Part shown: positions 39,365-53,530 of the stretch, piece by piece
Numbering within the stretch: position 1 is the stretch's first letter
Layout: every line of letters begins with the position of its first letter
Origin: Carcharhinus longimanus
Taxonomy: Eukaryota
Reading direction: 5' to 3'
Length of the DNA: 64,000 bases
NCBI GenBank assembly: GCA_030264375.1
Contig: JASCQW010000027.1
Span: forward strand, 82,215,401 to 82,279,400
The notes under the pieces: model-generated
The model's input: only the letters and a program-made list of their open reading frames with translations
Told to the model about the DNA's origin: nothing
Databases searched by the model: none
Position numbers and translations under genes: made by a program

Positions 39365-39852
39365 TAAAGAACAAAGAAAACAACAGCTCAGGAACAGGCC
39401 CTTCGGCCCTCCAAGCCTGCACCGACCATGCTGCCTGAGTTAACTAAAACCTCCTACGCTTCCGGGGACCATATCCCTCTATTCCCATCTCATTATTGTA
39501 CTTGTCAAGACTCCCCTTAAAAGTCTACCGTATCCGCTTCCATTACATCTCCTGGCAATGAGTTCCAGGCACCCACCACTCTCTGTGTAAAAATCTGCCT
39601 CGTACATCTCTTTTAAACCTTGCCCCTCGCACCTTAAACCTGTGCCCCCTAGTAATTGACTCTTCCACCCTGNNNNNNNNNNNNNNNNNNNNNNNNNNNN
39701 NNNNNNNNNNNNNNNNNNNNNNNNNNNNNNNNNNNNNNNNNNNNNNNNNNNNNNNNNNNNNNNNNNNNNNNNGCCTTCCTGACCACCTGCTGCACCTGCA
39801 AGCTGGGTTTTTGCGACTCATGCACGAGGACCCCGAGGTCCCTCTGCACACC
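39365..39852 (-). mobile_element. CR1 LINE 3' part (gapped)
   Basis: Peptides QRDLGVLVHESQKPSLQVQQVVRK and EESITRGHRFKVRGARFKRDVRGRF. Tail repeat AAAGAAC. Confidence 0.85.
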
Positions 39853-40507
39853 ATTCTCATATACAACAAGTGCAGGCTCAAAATCACCCCCCTAATCTTT
39901 TACATGAAAAACAGCTCATCCATCACCACTATCTAATGAACGCTCAGTAATATTGAGTAGTCAGCAATGAATGAATTCTAATGACTGATTCATGCATTTA
40001 ACAACTTGATAGAGTTGTTACATTGGTTTTCTCCTGTGTAATTGAAACTTGTCTCTACTTCAAGCAATTTAATTAATATCTGTAAATGTTTAAAAATATA
40101 TAAGTGTTACTATTGATTTAGGAAAAGTGACATTAAAATTCCATACAGGACCCCAGTCGCCTACCATCACTGTGGGAGACTAAAGGCCAATTTAAGGATA
40201 GCTTGATGACTTGCAACAAACTTTCACAAAGGGCCATAATCCCAAACAGTATGTTGTTCAAGGGCTACTCTTGAGACTACTACAAAATACTGCACAAATG
40301 AAGTAATTATGTTACCCATGAGATAGCCTTTTGATTTCAAGCATGCCAGTCTGGATGCTTTCTGAGTGAAAGCCTGCGTTTTCCCACAGGAAGAGAAACA
40401 ACAAACTCACTGCAAAATGATAAAGTCTATTGAAGCTTTTGGTCGCTTAATTTTACTACAGTTCTTTCATTTGATCTGCACTCAGATAACTGAACTTTCT
40501 AGTAAGA

Positions 40508-40650
40508 TTAAACCAAAGATAATGTGGATGGTGCAAATCTGAAGTAAAAGCAGAAGGTGCTGGAAATGCTCTGTGAAGAATAAAAGAGTTAATTTTTTAG
40601 GTCAGTGACCTTGCGTCAAAACTATTCTGATGAAAGATCTGAAACATTGG
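40508..40650. mobile_element. Decayed Penelope pseudo-LTR remnant
   Basis: GCAAATCTGAAGTAAAAGCAGAAGGTGCTGGAAATGCTC resembles 17405-17470. Ends TTCTGATGAAAGATCTGAAAC (hammerhead-like relic). Confidence 0.5.
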
Positions 40651-40944
40651 CCCAGATCTTCCACTGAACAGCAGTCATCATTGCATTTCTGTTCAGCTTG
40701 AAAGTTTTAACAAGTCAACAATGTTCCACATTCCACGCCAATTCTTCAACAATGCAGAGCATACAGTCCTTCTCCATAACAGCATTGTAGTGACAGACCA
40801 TGTCCACTTTATATGGTACTAACTTTCGTAGAGTAAGTTTTTAAATATTGAATGTGAATGTTAGTGAGTGGATGAATGGATGAATAGGAGAGATAAGGTT
40901 CGCAAGGTGGCAAGTGTGTAGGGTGGCAGGTGGACCAGGAGGTA

Positions 40945-41580
40945 ATTCATTTTTACGGGACATGAGTGTCAATGCTGGATCAACATTTATTGCCCATCCC
41001 TAACTGTATTTGAGAGTCAACCGTATTGCTGTGGACCTGGAGTAACATATAGGCCAGTCCGGGTAAGGACAGCAAATTCCCTTCTCTAAAGGACATCAGT
41101 GAACCAAATGGATTTTTACAACAATTGGCAATGGTTTCATAAGAACATAAGAACATAAATAGGAGCAGGAGTAGGCCAACTAGCCCTTCGAGCCTGCCCC
41201 GCCATTCAATAAGATCANNNNNNNNNNNNNNNNNNNNNNNNNNNNNNNNNNNNNNNNNNNNNNNNNNNNNNNNNNNNNNNNNNNNNNNNNNNNNNNNNNN
41301 NNNNNNNNNNNNNNNNNTAAACAGTTCTACAAAGAACAAAGTGCTTTAAACTTATTTAAACAGGTTTTTAACAGGTAAAATCTTATCTCTCTCTCTGCTC
41401 CTTCACTCGTCTGCTCCAGCAAACAATGGAAGGCTTCACCTACTTCATCAGTAGACTTTTAATTCCAAATTTGTACTGAAATCAAATTTCACCATCTACA
41501 GGACATGAACCCAGGTCCCCAGATCTTACTCTGGATCTCTGTAGTATTAGTTCAGTGACAATACTGCTGCCTCCCCATGA
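40945..41580 (-). mobile_element. Second-family tRNA SINE interrupted by a CR1 3' end (41139 to the gap)
   Basis: CATTTATTGCCCATCCCTAA tail and GGGTAAGGACAGCAAATTCCCTTCTCTAAAGGACATCAGTGAACC body. Inserted CR1 tail CATAAGAACATAAGAAC. Confidence 0.7.
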
Positions 41581-41770
41581 AGTTCTACAAAAGGCTTGGG
41601 TAAAGGGGAGACATGCAATAAATAACCCCAAGACACTCATGAGTGGTATCAGCGTGTGCAAAATCAAATGTCATTATCTCCTACTGGAAACGGCATTGTT
41701 AAATAACTAATTTTGCAGTTGAAAATGATCCAATCTATACAGGCCATGGTATAATTGCAACAACTGTAAA

Positions 41771-42515
41771 TTGGGAAAGGGGCGTGTGCAGCAGGACCTG
41801 GGTGTCCTTATGCACCAGTCACTGAAGGTAAGTATGCAGGTGCAGCAGGCAGTAAAGAAGGCAAATGGCATTTTGGCCTTTGTTGCGAGAGGCTTCAAGT
41901 ACAGGAGTAGGGATGTGTTGTTGGAATTATACAGGGCTTTGGTGAGGCCACCTCTAGAGTATTCTGTGCAGTTTTGGTCTCCTTTTCTGAGGGAGGATGT
42001 TCCTGCTATTGAGGGAGTGCAGCAAAGGTTTACCAGGCTGAGTCCAGGGATGGCTGGATCGATTTATGAGGAGAGATTGATTAGGTTAGGATTGTTTTCA
42101 CTGGAGTTCAGACGAATGAGGGAGGATCTCATAGTGAATCACAACACTTTAACAGGACTAGACAGGGTAGATGCAGGAAGGATATTCCAGATGGTGAGGG
42201 AGTCCAGAACTAGAGGTCACAGTCTGAGGATTCACGATAGACCATTTAGGACGGAGGTGAGGAGACATTTCTTCACCCAAAGAGTGGTGAGCCTGTGGAA
42301 TTCTTTAACGTAAGAAGTAGTTGATGCCAAGACATTGAATACATTCAAGAGGCAGCTGGATATAACACTTGGAGCGAATGGGATCAAAGGTTATGGGGAG
42401 AAAGCAGGATTGGGCTTTTGAGTTGGATGATCAGCCATGATTGTAATAAATAGTGGAGCAAGTCCTAAGGGCCAAATGACCTTCTCCTGCTCCTATCTTC
42501 TATGTTCTATGTCTA
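41771..42515 (+). mobile_element. 5'-truncated CR1 LINE, relatively young
   Basis: 180-aa open frame QQDLGVLMHQSLKVSMQVQQAVKKANGILAFVARG..LYRALVRPPLEYSVQFWSP..TRGHSLRI..FFTQRVVSLWNSL. 3' UTR ends TTCTATGTTCTATG. Confidence 0.92.
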
Positions 42516-42759
42516 TAATAATTCAGATTTGAAAGTAATGTTATGGTTCAGTTATATGAGCTAAGGTTGGTAAATCTATTGACTTGGAGCTGTTGATAAT
42601 AAAAAAATTACAACATTCAAGAAAGAGAATGTTTAAGTAGCAATTTACTAATAAAAATGAAACACCTACGTAAAATTATAGTGAACATGCTAGTGACAAA
42701 GTCATGATGTAAGCACACTTCACTTCTCAAGATCCATGGCTAGTGTCACCAAATTATAT

Positions 42760-43885
42760 GGGGCAATTCTCCCAAAACATTCTAAGTGTCGAATTTGTGT
42801 AAAAATTGGAGTAAATCCTGCTGGTTTTATCAGCAAGAGTTTTAAAATGAATCTCCCACACTCTGTACACTGCAGAGCGCACTAGTGTGAATCATGCTGA
42901 AAATGAGTGGGCAGGAGCTATTCCCGTTGGCGAGGCTGGCAGCATTGCGCTGAGCAGGCCGCTGCGCATGTGCCCATCTGTCAGTGCTGAGATCGGTGCT
43001 TGTGCAGTAATCTTGTACTGCCATCCTTCTGATCACTGGCCAGCCCCACAGTGCGACATCAGTGGCTCTTCCACACCTCCAAGGCCCAATTGCTGGCACC
43101 CCAAACATGCCCAGGCCCAGCCTCGACAACTCTCCCCACCCCCTCCACAGCTCCCCCTTCCCCCAAACTTACTTACATGAACAATGCAGTAAATGCAACC
43201 CCAACCCTTCCCGCAGTCCTGACTCCCCCCACTGCTGCCCCAGTCTCCCCAGCAGGCTGAACCCCACCACCACCCCAATAGCCAGCCCCGATCGCTGGCC
43301 TCCCTCCCTCTTTCACTCAGCCCAAATGCAAAGTGGTAGTGGGGACCCTCACCAATTGGCCCCGCAGAGACTCTGTCCCCAATTAGGCCCCGCCCCATGA
43401 CACTGCCCAATGCCCGGTGGGCTGTGCCAAAGTGCCCCAGGGCATTGGCACTTTGCCCCTTGGGCAGTGCCAGGGAGCCCCGGCTGGCACTGTCAAGGTG
43501 ATAATGCCCAGGAGTTCGCACTCCATCATCCAACTCTCTGGGGTGGGGGCCTCAATTTCCACCATTCCCCCTTCGGTCCAGCAGAGTCAGGCCGCCAGCT
43601 CCCTGCAAGTGGGGAGCTATACCAAACCCCCCCGGAATGTTCCATTCCTGGCGGAGGTGAGAGGCTCACTGGCCCAGAAATTTCAGTCCCAGGCCCAGTA
43701 ATGCTATTTAAATTAGAATCAAATGCACATTATAATAAATGATTCAGCTCCACACTGATTTCTGATGTGGAGCTGATGGCGCCAGAAATCTGGCTGCCGA
43801 AGACATGTGGAGGCCGTGGCGCCGTCCAGTGGGGAACCTGCGAACCGGCCTCCGCTTGAGTCTCCCGGCCCACTGCGCTACTTCT
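42760..43885. mobile_element. GC-rich non-autonomous element (MITE family M2)
   Basis: Left end GGGGCAATTCTCCCAAAA with a C-rich interior. Shares motifs with 12367-13220 and 48689-49160. Confidence 0.6.
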
Positions 43886-44322
43886 TCACTCTAATCCACA
43901 GAAAATATCTGAAGTTCAATCTTTACAGATAGTGCCCTTATTTTTCTTTATGTACTGAGATTATTGAGAAAATTGACACAAGGAACAGATTTTGGAGTGT
44001 GTATTTAAAATTCAAAATATTTACTCTTGGAGATAATTGAGAGTAAATGAATTAATATTTTGTTGTTCCAGGAAGTAACCACATTAACACCAGAAAACAG
44101 TGTATCAAAATTAGTATACTGTGCCCTCATTATAACATGATCAGCAGGGGCTGAATATGAAAGTATAATGGTACGTGTGCATTATAAGAAATTTCTTACT
44201 GCTGCATAAAATAGATCTGGAAGAGTTTCTAAGCCAAGGTCTAGAATCTTGGAACTGAACATGTTATAGATAGTGTGAGGAATATGTTAATCATACAGCT
44301 AATGAAAAGTCTTTTAAGTTGA

Positions 44323-44661
<339 letters not shown>

Positions 44662-44907
44662 TGACATTGGTTACATTGGTTACAATTTTCTTTACAAAAG
44701 CCTTGATTGCAATCATTGTAAAATGGCTAACATTCTGATTTAAAGATTTTTTTTGCCATCAGTATTTCCCTTCAGTGCATTGTTCCAGTAAGTAAGTAAA
44801 TTAATTCATATTTTGTTGATGTTTTGAAGTTTTATTGCTGTGTAGAACAATCATGTTATTCAGCAAGCATTCCTCATTAGTGGAACAAGGCAGAAAATCA
44901 AAAGGTA

Positions 44908-45500
44908 CTGGGCTGTGCTTTAAGAACGCCCCATCACCACCACACCCCCAGCCGGGATTACAGGAGTGGAGATGATATAATAGCGGGGAGCCCCACCAGG
45001 ACAATCCCTCCACCAGGAAAGTTCTTTAAGTGGCAGCTGCTGGACAGATTGGCCACCCATTACGGTTCACTGACAATGGAGCAGCCTCTCCCCATGCTGT
45101 GCAGGGAGCCCAGCTGTCTTGGAGACAGCCTCAAAGTGATAGTTTTGAGGAAGCATCAGAGCTGGAGGCTCCATGACCCAAAGAGAGGACTGTTTGCAGG
45201 GAAAGCATTCCTTGTGGCTCCAGCAATCCCTCTGAAGTGCTTCACCACAAGATTGGTGGTGCCTTCTTCCCTCTGCCAGCCTGAATTTTAATTTGCACTT
45301 ACCTCTATGAGAGTTGTCCTTCTTGAGCGTAGTTGAGACTTCAGATCTGGCAGCTCTCTGTCAGGAAGCTGCTGGCTATCCTGCAAAAAGCCAATTCGGT
45401 GGTAATATCACTGATCCAGTCCCACTGTCAGTAAGTGTGGCTTTAGACCTATTTTCCTTACCAGGATTTTGGTCCCAAAAGCAATGGTAAAATCCAACCC
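44908..45500. mobile_element. Old GC-rich MITE-like element
   Basis: GC-rich island ending in ATGGTAAAATCCAACCC, the same TIR type as M1 and 29534-29770. Confidence 0.45.
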
Positions 45501-45629
45501 ATTGTCTCTTGCTAGGTATTGTTCCAAAGGGTGTTCCAGTCCTGCAATGAATGCCTAGCCCAGGTGACTATCATTTATGTGAACTAAGACATTATTGGTG
45601 TACAAATTAGCTGCAGTACAGCAGAGGAA

Positions 45630-45740
45630 GAATTTTATACATTACAACAATGACTACACTTAAAAAGTACTTCATTAGCTGTAAGGTGCATTGTGATATC
45701 CTGTTGTTATGAAAGGTACTGTATATGCAAATCCTTTTCC
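45630..45740 (+). mobile_element. L2-type / Deu-SINE-like 3' tail
   Basis: CATTACAACAATGACTACACTTAAAAAGTACTTCATTAGCTGTAAGG..GAAAGGTACTGTATATGCAAATC. A similar tail lies at about 30680-30747. Confidence 0.55.
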
Positions 45741-46066
45741 CTCTTTTTACTTCACAAACATGCATGCCCATTCAGTTTGTTGTTAGAGTAACTGGATAGC
45801 AACCCAAGTCCAGCACTTGGGTTTGATGTCGCATTCCAAATGTTGGCCCAATCTAGCTAACCTAGCACAAGTCACTTATCACTCTGCAATACTTACAAAC
45901 ATATGAATTCTTGAGATAACAGTGACCCATAATTAGTATAAGAATGTTCTGTGTTTAAAATAGTTCAGAATTGATGAACTTCAATATAGTTTTACTTTCT
46001 AGAGTATGTTTCTTTCTCCCCCACACTCTTCCTTTTGTTCTACCTTACTATATTTATTCTCCTCCT

Positions 46067-46182
46067 GGGTGGGATTTTACAGCCTCCCTCAAGCGAGACC
46101 AGAAATTCCCGCCCGAGGTCAACTGGCATTTCCCTCGCTTGCTCTGATTCCGTGGCAAGCAGGGCAGTAGAATTCTGGCGCC
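46067..46182. mobile_element. Short MITE
   Basis: Ends GGGTGGGATTTTAC / GTAGAATTCTGGCGCC. Same family as 2665-2785. Confidence 0.55.
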
Positions 46183-46862
46183 TGTGTCCAAGATAGATAA
46201 AAATGCACTTGGACAGTGATTAAGTGGTCTGTTCAATTGATCTTGTGAAGATTCCCCATCTGTTTTCTCATGTCTAGACTCTAAAGAATTTCCCAAAGGC
46301 CCATGCCTGGGATTGGAAGCTCAAAAGAGTGGCAGACTGAGATGCATTGCACCATTCTTGATGTTTTGTATTTGTGCTTCAATAAGCTGCATTTTATATA
46401 TTTTTTTAAATTGGACTGTTCCAAAACCAAGTTTACTATTGGACAAACACTCATCATACTCTCAGTATTTATGTTTATCTGAAGAAGATGAAGTTGGTGC
46501 CTGTCATAGCAGATTGGATATACTGCAATCATCTTCAAAGAAACTTGTTGTTTTGCCTTAACAGAGCATAATTGTCCTAATTTCAGAAGAGAATGTCTGT
46601 TTGTGATTTATTTTCACTTCCCACACTAACTTTGTGGTTTCTGTAAGCAAGAATTCCTGTTTTCTGTAAAGTAGGTACAGTTTTTTTACTGATGTCCACT
46701 AGCAACTAGAATTAGATGATTGTTGACTCTTGAAAATCTCTATCAGATTACCTGTTATTGATCTCAGAAAAAGCAACTTAAATATAGTCAACAATGGAGC
46801 ATCCAAAACACCTGGAGCATTCCAAACCTTTTTGAATGAAAAAAATTATTTTCATATCAGTC

Positions 46863-47131
46863 CATGGCACAGTGGTTAGCACTGCTGCCTCACCACACCA
46901 GCGTTTGATTCCCAGCTTGGATCACTGACTGTGTGGACTTTGCACATTCCCCCTATGTCTGCATGGGTTTTCTCCCAAGTCCAAAGATATGCGAGATTGG
47001 CCATGCTAAATTGCCCCTCAATGTCAGGATAAATGCATGGAGTTATGGGGATAGGGTCTGTGCGGGATTGTGGTCAGTGCAGACTCGATGGGCTGAATAG
47101 CCTCCTTCTGCACTAGGATTCTATGATTCTA
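46863..47131 (+). mobile_element. HE1-like SINE (tail type A)
   Basis: TGGCACAGTGGTTAGCACTGCTGCCTCAC head and GACTCGATGGGCTGAATAGCCTCCTTCTGCACTAGGATTCTATGATTCT tail. Confidence 0.88.
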
Positions 47132-47384
47132 AACAAACAACCCTTTACCCTGAGACTGTCTCAATTTCTGACTGTTTCATTATGACTTTAAACACAATTC
47201 TTTGGACAATCATAATACATTTTTAGTACCTTTTCCATTGCTATAATAGAGTGCCTTAGATTGTACACCGTACAGCAGGGTAAGAATTTCATAGGCCCAA
47301 ACTGATGTGTTTACAGGCAGGAGGACCTGTAAACTTACCAAGGTGACCTCTCTTCCACCTCGATCCACCCCCAATTTGCAGGGG

Positions 47385-47690
47385 CATGTTGGTCTTTACT
47401 GGACTATGAAAGTAAACAAGTATTGCTACAATTGTACAGGACTTTGTGATGCCATACTGGAAGTACTGTGCACAGTTTTGGTCTCCATATTTACCAAAGG
47501 ATGTACTTGTATTAGAGGTAGGACAGTGAAGGTTCACTAGATTCACTTGAGGGTTGTTCTGAGATGGGAGACTGAGTAAATTAGACACATCTTCTCTGGA
47601 GCTTAGAAGAATGAGAGATGACCTGGTTAAAGCAATCTAAAGGGGTTTGGGTAAACAGAGAGATTACATCCGCTGGGTGGGCTATCTAAA
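47385..47690 (+). mobile_element. Decayed CR1 fragment
   Basis: TACAATTGTACAGGACTTTG..TACTGTGCACAGTTTTGGTCTCCATATTTA, homologous to 41920-42130. Confidence 0.7.
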
Positions 47691-47739
47691 CCCAGTTACT
47701 TTAGTTAACCAAGTAACAGTAATGTCGAGTTCCTCAGCA

Positions 47740-48337
47740 GAACCATCATCAGCTGTTTCACCAATGGCCTTCCGTCCATCTTAGGTCAGAAGTGCGATGT
47801 TCGCTAATGATTGCATGATGTTCAGCACCATTGAGATTGCCTCAGATTCTAAAGCCATATGCAACAAAACCTGGATGATATTCAGGTTCTGGCTGATAAG
47901 GAGCAAAATACATTAATGCCACACAAGTGCCAGGCAATGGCCATATCCAAGAGTGAATCTAACCATCTTCACTTGAGATTAAAAGGCATTACCGTTGCTG
48001 AATCTCCCACCATCAACATAGTGTGGCCCCATTGACCAGAAACTGAACTGGACCAGCCATATACAAATACTGTGGCTATAACAGCAGATTAGAGGCTGGG
48101 AATTCAGTAGAGAGTGACTCACATCCTTAATCTCTAAAGTCTGTGCAGCATCTTCAAGGCACAAGTCAGAAGTGTAATGGAATTATCTCCACTTGCCTGC
48201 ATGAGTGCACCCCAACAACACTCAAGAAGTTTGACACCATCCAGGACAGAGCACCCTGCTTGATTGGCACCCCATCCTCCACCTTAAACACTCACTCCCT
48301 CTACACTTGGCGCACAGTGGCAGCAGTGTGTACAATA
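47740..48337 (+). mobile_element. CR1-clade LINE RT fragment (GGGCAATAAATG-tail family)
   Basis: Reverse-complement homolog of 56180-56770 (MFANDCMMFSTI; PTTLKKFDTIQDRA). Confidence 0.8.
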
Positions 48338-48688
48338 NNNNNNNNNNNNNNNNNNNNNNNNNNNNNNNNNNNNNNNNNNNNNNNNNNNNNNNNNNNNNNN
48401 NNNNNNNNNNNNNNNNNNNNNNNNNNNNNNNNNNNNNNNNNNNNNNNNNNNNNNNNNNNNNNNNNNNNNNNNNNNNNNNNNNNNNNNNNNNNNNNNNNNN
48501 NNNNNNNNNNNNNNNNNNNNNNNNNNNNNNNNNNNNNNNNNNNNNNNNNNNNNNNNNNNNNNNNNNNNNNNNNNNNNNNNNNNNNNNNNNNNNNNNNNNN
48601 NNNNNNNNNNNNNNNNNNNNNNNNNNNNNNNNNNNNNNNNNNNNNNNNNNNNNNNNNNNNNNNNNNNNNNNNNNNNNNNNNNNNNNNN

Positions 48689-49160
48689 CCCCATCACCAG
48701 ACCCAAATCCCCCCCCTGCAGAGATCCCACATTCCCACCCCTCCTTCCTCCTCCAACCCAATGTGGCTCTGCCCTTGTCTGGCCCCACCCCTTCAGGTCC
48801 AGCCCGACGAGCACTGCCAGGGTGACACTGCCCAAGGGGCACCATTCCCCTTGCCCATGATATCTCAGGGGGGCCTCAGTGGTCTCTGGTCCTCCCAGTG
48901 AGGTTATCATGCCTGATCCCTGTTGATGGAGACCATGCGTGATTCCCATTGGTGTGGACCTCCATTGGTGGGGTCAGAAACGTTAGCAAGTCCAGACGAT
49001 TGAATCTCGGGCTCGCTAAACAGATGCAGAGATGTAATCCGCCTCACTGGACCGTGAAGATCACGATCTGGCGGTATATCCCATTTTTTTCCCTCTTGGT
49101 GACATTTCCTGCCCCACTGCGTTACTTGAGCACCACAGTAGCCGGAAAAATCACACCCAC
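48689..49160. mobile_element. GC-rich MITE, right part (left part in gap)
   Basis: Shares the GCACTGCCAGGGTGACACTGCCCAAGGGGCA motif with the M2 elements. Ends GGAAAAATCACACCC. Confidence 0.55.
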
Positions 49161-49526
49161 TAAGTTTGGAAAATGCTAATTTCAGTAAATCTTTGCAGGA
49201 TTTTCCTGATTGAGTATTAAGCACCAATTTATTGATCCAAGTAATGTTAGAAATTGTTCATTAAAAATGTAGTGCATGGGTTAAATTATATACAAGGTAA
49301 AAAGAAGTTCACAATTGAACTAAAGATAGGCATTTGTTCCATGCAGTTACTAAATTCAATGTTGTATTAATAAAATAGGTACAGCCTATGAAGATTTATG
49401 TTAATTTTATCTACCCCACGTCTGTCTCCCCACATTCTGTCTCCCCCACCCCTCCATCTCCATCCCCATCCCATTTCTCCCACTCTGTCTTCCCCATTAT
49501 CCCTTTCACTGTGCCACCATGCCCCC

Positions 49527-49793
49527 TGGATGGCACAGTAACACAGTGGTCAGCACCGTTGCATCTCAGCACTAGGGACCCAGGTTCAGTTCCTGGCTTC
49601 GGTCACTGTCTGTGTGGAGTCTGCACGTTCTCCCTGTGTCTGCCTAGGTTTCCTCCGGGTGCTCTGGTTTCCTCCCACAGTCCAAAAAGTTAGATGCATG
49701 CTAAGTTCACCCTCAGAGTGGCAACTAGGGGATTTTCACAGTAACTTTATTACAGCATTGATGTAAGCCTACTTGTGACAGTAATAAATAATA
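49527..49793 (+). mobile_element. HE1/V-SINE-like SINE, tail type B
   Basis: Same head and body as other copies. Tail GCAACTAGGGGATTTTCACAGTAACTTTATTACAGCATTGATGTAAGCCTACTTGTGACAGTAATAAATAA. Confidence 0.85.
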
Positions 49794-51964
49794 TTTCCTC
49801 CTACTCCCTTTTACCCCTCTCCTTGGACCGCCCCCCCTTCCCTTCCCTTCCGCTCCATCCCTTCTCTTAACACACATATATTTACACTCCTAGTTTGTTC
49901 CCATTGCAGACCCTCACTTCAACTTTCCTTTCATTTTTCTATCCTTGCTCAACCCAACTTCCAACTTTCCCTCTCCTATCATCTTTTCTTTCCTATTACG
50001 CACACTACTTCAATCATACTTTCCTCTGATAATTTTTGCCATTAACCTTGCTGGACCTGAAAACTGCCCATTTCTTAACTGGGGAGTCTTTAACTCCCCA
50101 TTTGGACTAGTCAGTAAATAATTCCATAAACATTATTGCTTAAATTTTCTTACCACTTACCTATCAAATGTTTATCTGTCATGTTCTTCCAAGTGTACAC
50201 AGAATACAATTTAAGAGAGTTTGTTGGTTAAATGTCTAATTGAATATTCAGCTAGTTAATCAGAGGAAATGCAATTTCATGCTGCTTTTTGCTGCTTTTC
50301 AAATGTGGTTAGTCATCCATGTGCAAACATACGTGATGAAATATGTACACATATAAAGCTTGGCTGAGAATCAAACTGTCAAGCCAACAGCAGTAAGTAA
50401 CTCAGCAGACGATCATGGCCCCATTTAATTTTCTTGTCAAATAAACTGTTCTGGTCTGTAGTTATGGGAGGGATATGAATGCTTAGCTTCACTTCAGTGA
50501 TGCATTTGGTAGGTTCTTTACCAATTCTGATGAATGGAAATCTACCCTTTCCATCTTGTGCAAACTCCAATTGATTTTTGTTTCCAATTAATATTCAAGC
50601 ACAGTCACCGATGCTCTTTCACACGTTACTGAAATGACAATGCCCACAGATGCAGAACCTTCAATATCTAACTATTCCAGATTCGAGTCAACAGCTGACT
50701 ACCTTTAGTGGGTAACATAAATTTTAAAATTTACACGGCAATACAATGTGTTGTAGTGTACATCGTTTTCAAAATAGGAATAAAGCCAGAAAAAATGGCC
50801 CTTTCTAGATTTATTGGATCAAAAAACCACAGTGGCTTGCAGCACAGCAGGCGGCCATTTAGCCCATTATAGGTCTTTGATAGAGGAATCGAATACAAAT
50901 CTCACAGCCCCACATTCATTGCATAAACTTTTATCTTACTCAATTGTTTTAAGAACTGTAACTGGCAAATCAGATAAAANNNNNNNTTTGCCTCAACCTC
51001 CACCTGTAGCAAATCTGCCTACTCAACTGACAACTTCTTGTCTTTGACTCCTCCTAACCAAGTTAAATAGTTATTCCCTATTCAGTTCAATAGAACCTTT
51101 CATCATTTCTAAACATCTGTTAAACCTTTTCCGCTGCAGTTCCTTTTTAGAATGTGTGCTTGATGGGTGGATGATGCTGAAAAACCAGCATTTGCTGCAC
51201 ATCCCTAGTTGCTCTTGATAAGATGGTGGTGAACCTTCTTCTTGAACTGCTGCAGGCCATGTTATGGTACTCCTGTGTTAGGTGAGGAATTAGCAACGTA
51301 AACCTGATTTTTTTTTTTTCCAGACCCCCAGGGCAAAATGTTAGGTAAGGAGGTACCATAAAATTGGGTTCCATGCCAGTGACACTATTTCCAGTATCTG
51401 TCCACCCCCTCTTATGAGCTTCCTCCTTCCAGTGCTCAGATGTTGTCCAAGCAGGAGAGCCCGCACCATCTGAACTTGGATAATTCGAGGTCAATCAGGG
51501 AGAGGTGTGGCGGTGGCGAATGGGTCCTTCCTTGATTGACTGGCAGCTCTCAGAGGTGGGACTGTCTCCTTGATACAACGGAAGTCTTGCCTTAAGCCAG
51601 TCCATAGATTGGCTGGGGGGTGCAAGCCAGCCTATTCTGGTTTACCCTTGATTTTTATCTTTCATTCAGCATATACAAACAGAAGTAGGTCATGATCAAC
51701 CTAGACCTGATGGATTTCTATCTTAACTTCAACTACCTAGCTTGATTTTGTACCTTTTACATTCTTGCCTAACAATCTATCAATCTCATTTTCAATTGAT
51801 CCAGCCTCAATGACTTCTTGAGGAAAGAGAACTCCAGATTTCGACTACCCTCTTTGTAGAGAGTTGTTTCCTGATATCTCCAATGAATAGCCTCATTCTA
51901 ACTTTAAGATTAAGCAGCTTTGTTCTGGATTCCCCATCAATAGAGAGAGATTCTCCCTATCGTG

Positions 51965-53530
51965 TTAAATCCTTTCCAATCTCTCTTTACCGTCATCCTC
52001 CACCATGATGATTTGAACACTCTCCACTTTGTCCAGCCAGTTTCCATTGACCACCACCCTTCTCCACCAGGCTGAACTTGCTCTCTCATTGAATAATTTC
52101 TCCTAAACATATCTCTCTTCCTCCAAGTAAAAGGTGCTGCTATGAGTACCACACGAATCATAGCTATGCCTGCCTTTTTGTGATATATGTTAAACCTTCC
52201 TTGTTCTAGTCTTACTTGGGGACCCTCTCTCAACTTTTCTTCCAATGCATTGATGGTTGTTTCNNNNNNNNNNTTTGAATTGGAAAGCTTCAACAACTTT
52301 GACTCCAACTTCCACCTTCTCTCAGTTTTACAAGGTCCACCTCTAACTCTCCCTTGATTTCTCTGTCTCCAATTCTGGTGATAGGCAATCAACTAATGGT
52401 CATCATGAGCCCAATGACTCCCATAGCTATCTTGATTACACTTCCTCACACCCTACTCCCTGTAAGGGTTCAGTTACATTCTCCCCATTGCTCTGTTCTC
52501 TCTTTCATCTGTTCCAATGATACAACCTTCCACGACAGTGTTTCTGAAATTTCTTTTTTTCCTCAATTGAGAATAGCCACCACCCACACACCCTGCCCAA
52601 CATTCACCCAAACTGTTGACAAGGTCTTCAACTCTATGTCCACCACATTGCCCTTACTTCTGCTGTCATTCCTTCCCCTTCCTCCCAGAACCAGCAATAA
52701 AGATCCCATTGTCCCTTCCTTGAATTCCACCAGCCTTCATGTTCAGTGAATCATTTTCCATCATTACCACCACCTACAGCATGATATCACCACCAAACAC
52801 ATCTTCTCCTCCCCCCTTTTCAGTATTTTGAGTTCCTTCACTGAACCCTGATTCCCAATCCCCTTCCCAAGGCACCTTTGCATGCAAGCACAAGAGATGT
52901 AACATCTATCCTTTTACCCTCAAGTGAAGCAATGATTTGTGTACTTCTTTCAAGCTGGTCTACTATATTCAATGTGACCTCTACATTGGGTAGACCAAAG
53001 GCAGATTGAATGACCACTTCGTGGAACACCTCCATTCTGTCTGCAAATACTTTAATTCTTCACATTAACGTTTCTGTCCTCAGCCTACTGCACTATTCCA
53101 CTGAAGTTCAATGTAACCTTGAGGAACAATACAGCATTTTACAGCCTTCAGCACTCAATGTTGAGATCAGCAATTTCTGAGCATAATCTCAGATGTTTCT
53201 TTTGCTTACATTTTATTTATTTTTAAATTATTTTTCACTTGCAGTCAACAGTACATTGGCTTGAGACACATCTTTTGTTTCTTTCCTTGCCCCGTCACCA
53301 TACCCTTTGACCCTGGAAAACGAACTTCTGCCATTCAGTCTTATCTGTCTGACATTCTTCCTTCTCCCACCCACCCTTTGCTCAAACCTATGACTTTTCT
53401 AACTGATTCCTGTTTTGATGAAAGGCCACAGGCCTTTCTCTCTACAGATGCTACCAGAACCTATTGAATATTTTCAGCATTTTGTGGTTTTATTTTAGAT
53501 TTCCAGCTTCTGCAGTATTTTTATTTTCAG
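51965..53530 (+). mobile_element. Decayed Penelope-like retroelement
   Basis: RT remnant FLQVKGAAMST, thumb DSHSYLDYTSSHP, GIY-YIG remnant LYIG*TKGRLNDHFVEHL. The 3' pseudo-LTR (53430-53530) matches the reverse complement of 17400-17495. Confidence 0.8.

Noticed and set aside
41771-42313. 180-aa ORF as a host gene
   Set aside because: It is the C-terminus of CR1 ORF2 from a 5'-truncated copy.
42842-43742. Cluster of overlapping Pro/Gly-rich ORFs or CpG-island-like promoter
   Set aside because: It lies within a GC-rich repeated non-autonomous element with related copies at 12367 and 48689.
49410-50020. Pyrimidine-rich tract around a SINE
   Set aside because: Low-complexity C/T sequence with no regular period or coding signal.
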